A stretch of DNA of 64,000 bases from an uncultured Prolixibacteraceae bacterium (GTDB lineage: Bacteria > Bacteroidota > Bacteroidia > Bacteroidales > Prolixibacteraceae): the NCBI GenBank assembly GCA_964632305.1, contig CAZWBR010000013.1:483-64482 (forward strand), in the 5' to 3' direction. How positions within the stretch are numbered: the stretch's first letter is position 1; each line of letters starts with the position of its first letter. Both the position numbers and the translations under genes were made by a program. Below the pieces are notes generated by a model. It was not told the DNA's origin, did no database searches, and was given only the letters and a program-made list of their open reading frames with translations. Shown here one piece after another: positions 59,241 through 64,000 of the stretch.

Positions 59241-59735
59241 TTATTCCCTCGTCAGGTTCAGGTACGAGTAGTTGAATCCGTTCTTTTCATCGCGATGCTC
59301 TTCACGCGATTCCTCGGTCCATTCTTCGTAATTGATGGATGGGAAGAAGGTGTCAGCCTCGAAATCCCGGTGGACCAACGTGAGGTAAAGCTTTCCTGCC
59401 AGTGGATAGAACTGCCGGTAAATCATGCCGCCTCCTATGATAAAGGCCTCTTTTTCGTTGGCTACCATCTCTACGGCTTCATCGATCGAATAGGCTGTTT
59501 CACATCCGGGGAAAGTCTCACCCGGAAGGTCCGTAATCACGATATTACGTCGATTGGGCAACGGGCCGTTCGGAAGTGAAAAGAGTGTCCGTTTTCCCAT
59601 AATGACGGCACATCCCGAGGTTATCTTCTTAAATCTTTTCAGATCGTTCGGCAGATGGAACAACAGATCATTATCTTTCCCTATGGCGAAATTTTGCGCG
59701 ATGGCAACAATTATGGAGATATTCTTGTGGATCAT
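59241..59735 (-). CDS. folA: Dihydrofolate reductase
   Basis: 164-aa ORF with 'IVAIAQNFAIGKDNDLLFHLPNDLKRFKKIT' and 'IIGGGMIY'. Confidence 0.9.
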   Translation of the reverse strand: MIHKNISIIVAIAQNFAIGKDNDLLFHLPNDLKRFKKITSGCAVIMGKRTLFSLPNGPLPNRRNIVITDLPGETFPGCETAYSIDEAVEMVANEKEAFIIGGGMIYRQFYPLAGKLYLTLVHRDFEADTFFPSINYEEWTEESREEHRDEKNGFNYSYLNLTRE

Positions 59736-59843
59736 TCGTTGGATTTGTAAAGAGCTTAATACTTAATGAAATCTGTACGTCTTTCCTGATGATGGACAGG
59801 CAGGTTGATGATTGGAATATAATACCAACTGTCGTCCTGTTTT

Positions 59844-60638
59844 TTATACCGACACTTCCCCTTTGATGTGCGGATGGGCCTCATAATCGACCAACGTGAA
59901 ATCGTCGTATTTGAAATCGAAGATGGAGGTGACATCCGGATTGATCATCATCTTTGGAAGCGGATAGGGCTCCCGGCTAAGCTGAAGTTTTACCTGTTCG
60001 ATATGGTTGTTGTAGATGTGGGCATCGCCAAACGTATGGACAAAATCACCCGGTTTAAGCCCGGTTACTTGGGCCACCATCATGGTTAACAGGGCGTAAG
60101 AAGCAATATTGAAGGGCACTCCAAGGAAGATGTCGGCGCTGCGCTGGTACAACTGGCACGACAGCTTCCCGTTGTTCACATAAAACTGGAACAACAGGTG
60201 ACAGGGTGGGAGATTCATCTTGTCCAGTTCCCCCACATTCCACGCACTGACGATCAGTCTCCGCGAAGTGGGGTTATTCCTGATGTCGTGGATCAGTTGC
60301 GAGATCTGATCGATATGCCCTCCGTCAGGGGTTGGCCACGAACGCCATTGATAGCCGTAGATATGACCAAGGTCCCCGTTGGCATCAGCCCATTCATTCC
60401 AGATTCGCACCCCGTGGTCGGTGAGATATTTATTGTTGGTGTCGCCAGCCAAAAACCATAGAAGTTCATGGATGATCGATTTCAGGTGAAGCTTTTTGGT
60501 GGTCAGTGCAGGGAATCCCTCTTCAAGGTTGAAGCGCATCTGATAACCGAAAACGCTGATGGTTCCCGTTCCGGTCCGGTCGGCACGTGCTTCCCCGTGA
60601 TCGAGTACATGCTGTAAGAGATTGAGATATTGTTTCAT
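59844..60638 (-). CDS. thyA: Thymidylate synthase
   Basis: The start is set at the ATG at 60638 ([12 protein letters not shown]). Active site '[12 protein letters not shown]'. The 264-aa length is typical of ThyA. Confidence 0.95.
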   Translation of the reverse strand: MKQYLNLLQHVLDHGEARADRTGTGTISVFGYQMRFNLEEGFPALTTKKLHLKSIIHELLWFLAGDTNNKYLTDHGVRIWNEWADANGDLGHIYGYQWRSWPTPDGGHIDQISQLIHDIRNNPTSRRLIVSAWNVGELDKMNLPPCHLLFQFYVNNGKLSCQLYQRSADIFLGVPFNIASYALLTMMVAQVTGLKPGDFVHTFGDAHIYNNHIEQVKLQLSREPYPLPKMMINPDVTSIFDFKYDDFTLVDYEAHPHIKGEVSV

Positions 60639-60774
60639 AGTGATATTTTTATCCTGAATAGTCCCGATCGACACCGGGAGAATCAAAAGCACGAAGTTAA
60701 TAATTGTGGCCGGATCAATCTTAATCCTGGAGATCTTCGTCCTTAAAAATTTAGCGGGCCGTACTAAAGTGTTC

Positions 60775-62229
60775 TCACCCAAGTATGGCGCCGACAATTG
60801 TTGCCGACATCAGCGAAGCAATCGATCCGGCCAGCAGAGCCCGCATCCCGAATTGCGACAACCATACCCTGCGCGTTGGGGCTAATGAACCGATCCCGCC
60901 AATCTGGATCCCTATGGAGCTGAAATTGGCAAAGCCGCATAGCATGTAAGTGGCCATGATGATCGACTTCATCTCGGCAAACGAGCCGGATGTCTTCAGC
61001 GAGGCCAGACTGGTGTACCCGATAAACTCGTTGACTATTATCTTCTCGCCCATCAGCCGGCCCAACAGGGTGATATCTTCCTTGCAGACCCCAATCAGCC
61101 ACATCAGCGGCGAAAACAGGTAGCCTAAGATAAATTTAAGGTCAAACACCTTGTATTGCCCGTCTGATATCGCATTGACCCAATCGTTGAGCCCGGTATA
61201 CTGACCGATAAATCCGCCAAGGATATAGTTGATAAAAGCCATGAAGGCAATGAAGACGAGTAACATTCCCGCCACGTTCAGGGCCAGTTTAAGACCTTGT
61301 GCCGTCCCGTTGGAGATGGCATCCAGAACATCGGCCCCCACTTTTTCCTTGGTGATATTGATATTCGATTCGATGGCTTCGGTTTGTGGCATCAGGATCT
61401 TGGCAATAACCACTGCCCCCGGCGCTGCCATTACAGAGGCTGAGAGCAGATGCTTGGCGAACAGCAACCGTTGAGCCGGATCTCCTCCTCCCAAAAAGTC
61501 GATATAAGCAGCCAGCACCCCGCCTGCCAGCGTGGCCATCCCCCCGGTCATAACCAGGAAGATCTCTGACCGGTTCATCTTCTCCAAATACTCCTTGATC
61601 ATCAGCGGCGCTTCGGTCTGCCCAAGGAAAATATTTCCGGCAACCGAGAGACTCTCTGCTCCCGAGATCCGTAAGGCTTTGGTCAGGAGCCAGGCCAAAC
61701 CAAAAACGATCTTTTGAATAATACCCAGGTAAAAAAGCAGACTGGTCAGCGCGGAAAAGAATATGATGGTTGGGAGGATCTGAAAAGCAAAGATGTAGCC
61801 GTACGATTCCTGATTCATCAGATCGCCAAGCAGAAAGGTGCTCCCGTCACGGGTAAAGTCGAGGATCTTGACAAAGACCTTACCGAAAAATTCGAAGAAA
61901 CCCTGAACAAAAGGGATATACAGGACCCCTGCAGCCAATACGATCTGGATGAGCAACCCGATTCCAACCCCGCGCCAGTCGATGGCCCTGCGGTTCTGAC
62001 TGAAAATCCAGCCAATAAAGAGCAGGCAAGCCATTCCAATCATCCCGCGAAAGAATGATCCAAAGGTAAGGTTGGTCTGAAGTACCGTATCGAGGGTATG
62101 TCTGACCGGGACTTCGCTTCCGGGCATAACAGCACCAGTGCCGGTGAGTGTATCGGCAGTCTGAGCCCAAATGTCTGAAGGTAAGAGCAACAGCAGTATC
62201 GGTAGCGCTAAGGGGCGAAGTTTGTTCAT
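60775..62229 (-). CDS. NupC/NupG (CNT) family nucleoside transporter
   Basis: The start is set at the ATG at 62229 (MNKLRPLAL). Family-like segments '[13 protein letters not shown]' and '[16 protein letters not shown]'. Confidence 0.85.
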   Translation of the reverse strand: MNKLRPLALPILLLLLPSDIWAQTADTLTGTGAVMPGSEVPVRHTLDTVLQTNLTFGSFFRGMIGMACLLFIGWIFSQNRRAIDWRGVGIGLLIQIVLAAGVLYIPFVQGFFEFFGKVFVKILDFTRDGSTFLLGDLMNQESYGYIFAFQILPTIIFFSALTSLLFYLGIIQKIVFGLAWLLTKALRISGAESLSVAGNIFLGQTEAPLMIKEYLEKMNRSEIFLVMTGGMATLAGGVLAAYIDFLGGGDPAQRLLFAKHLLSASVMAAPGAVVIAKILMPQTEAIESNINITKEKVGADVLDAISNGTAQGLKLALNVAGMLLVFIAFMAFINYILGGFIGQYTGLNDWVNAISDGQYKVFDLKFILGYLFSPLMWLIGVCKEDITLLGRLMGEKIIVNEFIGYTSLASLKTSGSFAEMKSIIMATYMLCGFANFSSIGIQIGGIGSLAPTRRVWLSQFGMRALLAGSIASLMSATIVGAILG

Positions 62230-62236
62230 GCGACAA

Positions 62237-62842
62237 TCAGGTTTTATCGCTTTTTCTTCTGTTGATCTCGTCGCGGATCTCCGACGCTTTTTCATAATCC
62301 TCATCCGATATCGCGGCAGAGAGCAGTTCGTTCAGCTCCTCCAGCGAGAAATCATCATAATGCGGATTTGTTGACGATCCTTCCACTTTCCCTTCTTTTT
62401 CCGATTCGTTTTTATCGCCTTCCGATTCGTCAAATTCAAGGATGATCCCTGCTTTTTCAATAATCTCGTCGGTAGTATAGATTGGACATTCAAAACGAAG
62501 AGCAAGCGCAATGGCGTCTGAAGTCCGGGAGTCAATTTTTATGCGATGGTTATCTTGTTGGCAACTCAGCTCAGCATAGAATATTCCTTCTTCAAGTTTA
62601 TGGATGAACACTTCCGTAATCTCGATATTAAACGCTACCGCAACATTCAAAAACAGATCGTGCGTCAGCGGGCGGGGAGGTTTTAGCCCTTCCAGTTGGA
62701 TGGCAATGGCCTGGGCTTCGACTGCGCCAATAATAATCGGGATCCTTCTGTTGCCGTCGGCCTCCGACAGGACCAGCGCGTAAGCTCCGGTCTGGGTCTG
62801 GCTGTACGACAATCCAAGGATGTTCAGTTTGACTTTTTTCAT
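62237..62842 (-). CDS. Bifunctional nuclease (DUF151) family protein with C-terminal UVR motif
   Basis: 201-aa ORF with 'RRIPIIIGAVEAQAIA' and 'RPLTHDL' in a DUF151 core. C-terminal 'DEDYEKASEIRDEI' is UvrB/C-like. It ends 8 nt before the transporter start. Confidence 0.75.
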   Translation of the reverse strand: MKKVKLNILGLSYSQTQTGAYALVLSEADGNRRIPIIIGAVEAQAIAIQLEGLKPPRPLTHDLFLNVAVAFNIEITEVFIHKLEEGIFYAELSCQQDNHRIKIDSRTSDAIALALRFECPIYTTDEIIEKAGIILEFDESEGDKNESEKEGKVEGSSTNPHYDDFSLEELNELLSAAISDEDYEKASEIRDEINRRKSDKT

Positions 62843-62976
62843 TACGAAAAAAATAGAATATTAGATATGTGAACAAATATAAAAAATTGTTTCACAGGGT
62901 GGGTGAATTTGATCGAAGAAAACTTCTGTTTTCAACCCGATTGGAACAATCTTTTTTAAGACCGGAGAGAATTTAA

Positions 62977-63855
62977 TCATTTTACAACCGGTTTGAACTC
63001 CCGCAGGTTAACGAAAAGCAGAAAAGCACAAACAATGGAAAGGATATTAAAAGTTGGGATGATAAATATGACCGGGATGACATTAACCCCGGCTAAAGCC
63101 ATCGCGATAATTTTGGCCGTGAGGGCAGTCGTCAGGATCGACAGGAAGACCATGTAAGTGGTGGTAAACAAATAACCCAGCGCTCTTTTCTTCAGGAAGA
63201 GAATGGCCGAAACAAAGGCCATTGGCAAGAATAAGCCCAGGTCGAATCCCTGAACAATCAGGGTGGTATAATGCTCGACGCCCACCGGGTAAATGGTCCC
63301 GTCGATCAGGGGCGGAACGACGATGCTGAGCCATAACAGCGCGATCGCGCAAACGTTGAAGATCAGAAATCCTCCGATAAACCTTACCGGTGTCCTTTCG
63401 TTGAAAAGATTCGGTAATTGATTGGCATCGAAGGATAAAAGGGTGGCGATAAGTCCGAAAAACGAAAGAGCCAGCAAGACGGAATAAGCCAGGAACATCT
63501 TGTTGTACATCGCCATCGCTAAGTACAGGAGATAGGTGACGAAAAAATAGCCCAGTGTGCCGGCCAGCAAAAATCGTCCTTTCACCGAACCCCGCGAAGC
63601 CCAAAAGAGGGAGATCAGCAATAACGGGTTCCCGATCAGCAGGGTTACCACATCCTGTGCAATTCCCTGGATGGCCACTTCGGCCGACATGTGTTGGTAA
63701 AGACCATTCCCATAGATGGTCACCTCCTGGCCCCTGATGGTCCTGTAATTGTAGTTTCCCTCACCTCCTTTCGAAAAGATGCCAATGGAGGTGGTCATCA
63801 CCGAAATAAGGACGATAAACAGGACTAAAACCACGATGTTTTTATTCCCGCTCAT
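62977..63855 (-). CDS. Polytopic membrane protein, function unknown
   Basis: 292-aa ORF with about 8 hydrophobic helices. No motif recognised. Confidence 0.5.
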   Translation of the reverse strand: MSGNKNIVVLVLFIVLISVMTTSIGIFSKGGEGNYNYRTIRGQEVTIYGNGLYQHMSAEVAIQGIAQDVVTLLIGNPLLLISLFWASRGSVKGRFLLAGTLGYFFVTYLLYLAMAMYNKMFLAYSVLLALSFFGLIATLLSFDANQLPNLFNERTPVRFIGGFLIFNVCAIALLWLSIVVPPLIDGTIYPVGVEHYTTLIVQGFDLGLFLPMAFVSAILFLKKRALGYLFTTTYMVFLSILTTALTAKIIAMALAGVNVIPVIFIIPTFNILSIVCAFLLFVNLREFKPVVK

Positions 63856-63862
63856 CCTTTTA

Positions 63863-64000
63863 TTATTTTTCGGCCAGTTGAAGGGTATGACGGATCAGTT
63901 CGGGGCCTCCGAAATCCCCGTGGCCGGGAATCACCACCCGGGCGGAGGAATACTTCTCCAGCAATTTCCGAATGGTTGAGGGATAAGCTTTCAGATCCCC
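63863..64000 (-). CDS. C-terminal fragment of a metallo-beta-lactamase-fold protein (truncated by the window edge)
   Basis: My translation of the minus strand gives GDLKAYPSTIRKLLEKYSSARVVIPGHGDFGGPELIRHTLQLAEK-stop. 'VIPGHG' is the last metal-ligand motif of MBL-fold proteins. Confidence 0.5.
   Translation of the reverse strand, partial: GDLKAYPSTIRKLLEKYSSARVVIPGHGDFGGPELIRHTLQLAEK

Overview
This 64-kb window reads as a core chromosomal region of a Bacteroidota genome. The lineage call rests on a T9SS type-B cargo protein next to PorP/SprF, several CarboxypepD_reg-like proteins, a DapL-type lysine pathway and TAnnTTTG-like -7 boxes. I call 56 protein-coding genes, one truncated at the right edge. 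Most are housekeeping: purD, ribF, ahcY, greA, ruvC, dapL/dapF-like/lysA, tsaC, rimM, rpsP, dnaE, trxA, mutL, comM-like, ppa, folA, thyA, lpxH, rmuC and dgt. The rest are transporters (P-type ATPase, CDF, PiT-like, NupC-like), a giant PKD-repeat adhesin and a GH43 plus esterase pair. I recognised no rRNA, tRNA, CRISPR array, transposase, integrase or phage gene, and no convincing new multi-gene protein system.

The structure the gene calls do not explain is non-coding. At least seven intergenic spacers carry interrelated structured repeats:
- Four hairpins each carry three direct repeats at an exact 11-nt period. Their sequences differ but the arm and the repeats co-vary. They lie at about 3.5, 24.5, 34.5 and 48.2 kb.
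- A block of CATGCRAYCCC..GGGRTYG hairpins occurs at 24.3 kb and, inverted, at 27.1 kb, with a compensatory stem substitution between the copies.
- A 228-bp imperfect palindrome at 24.0-24.2 kb carries six AATAAGGT octamers.
- Roughly 90-nt direct repeats flank the ATPase and a hypothetical gene.

Coding-level oddities:
- The DapF homologue in the lysine cluster has both catalytic cysteines replaced by serine.
- A TlpA-like lipoprotein has no CxxC motif.
- A Rieske-like lipoprotein has both His ligands replaced.

All functional calls come from motif recognition by eye. No database search was run.
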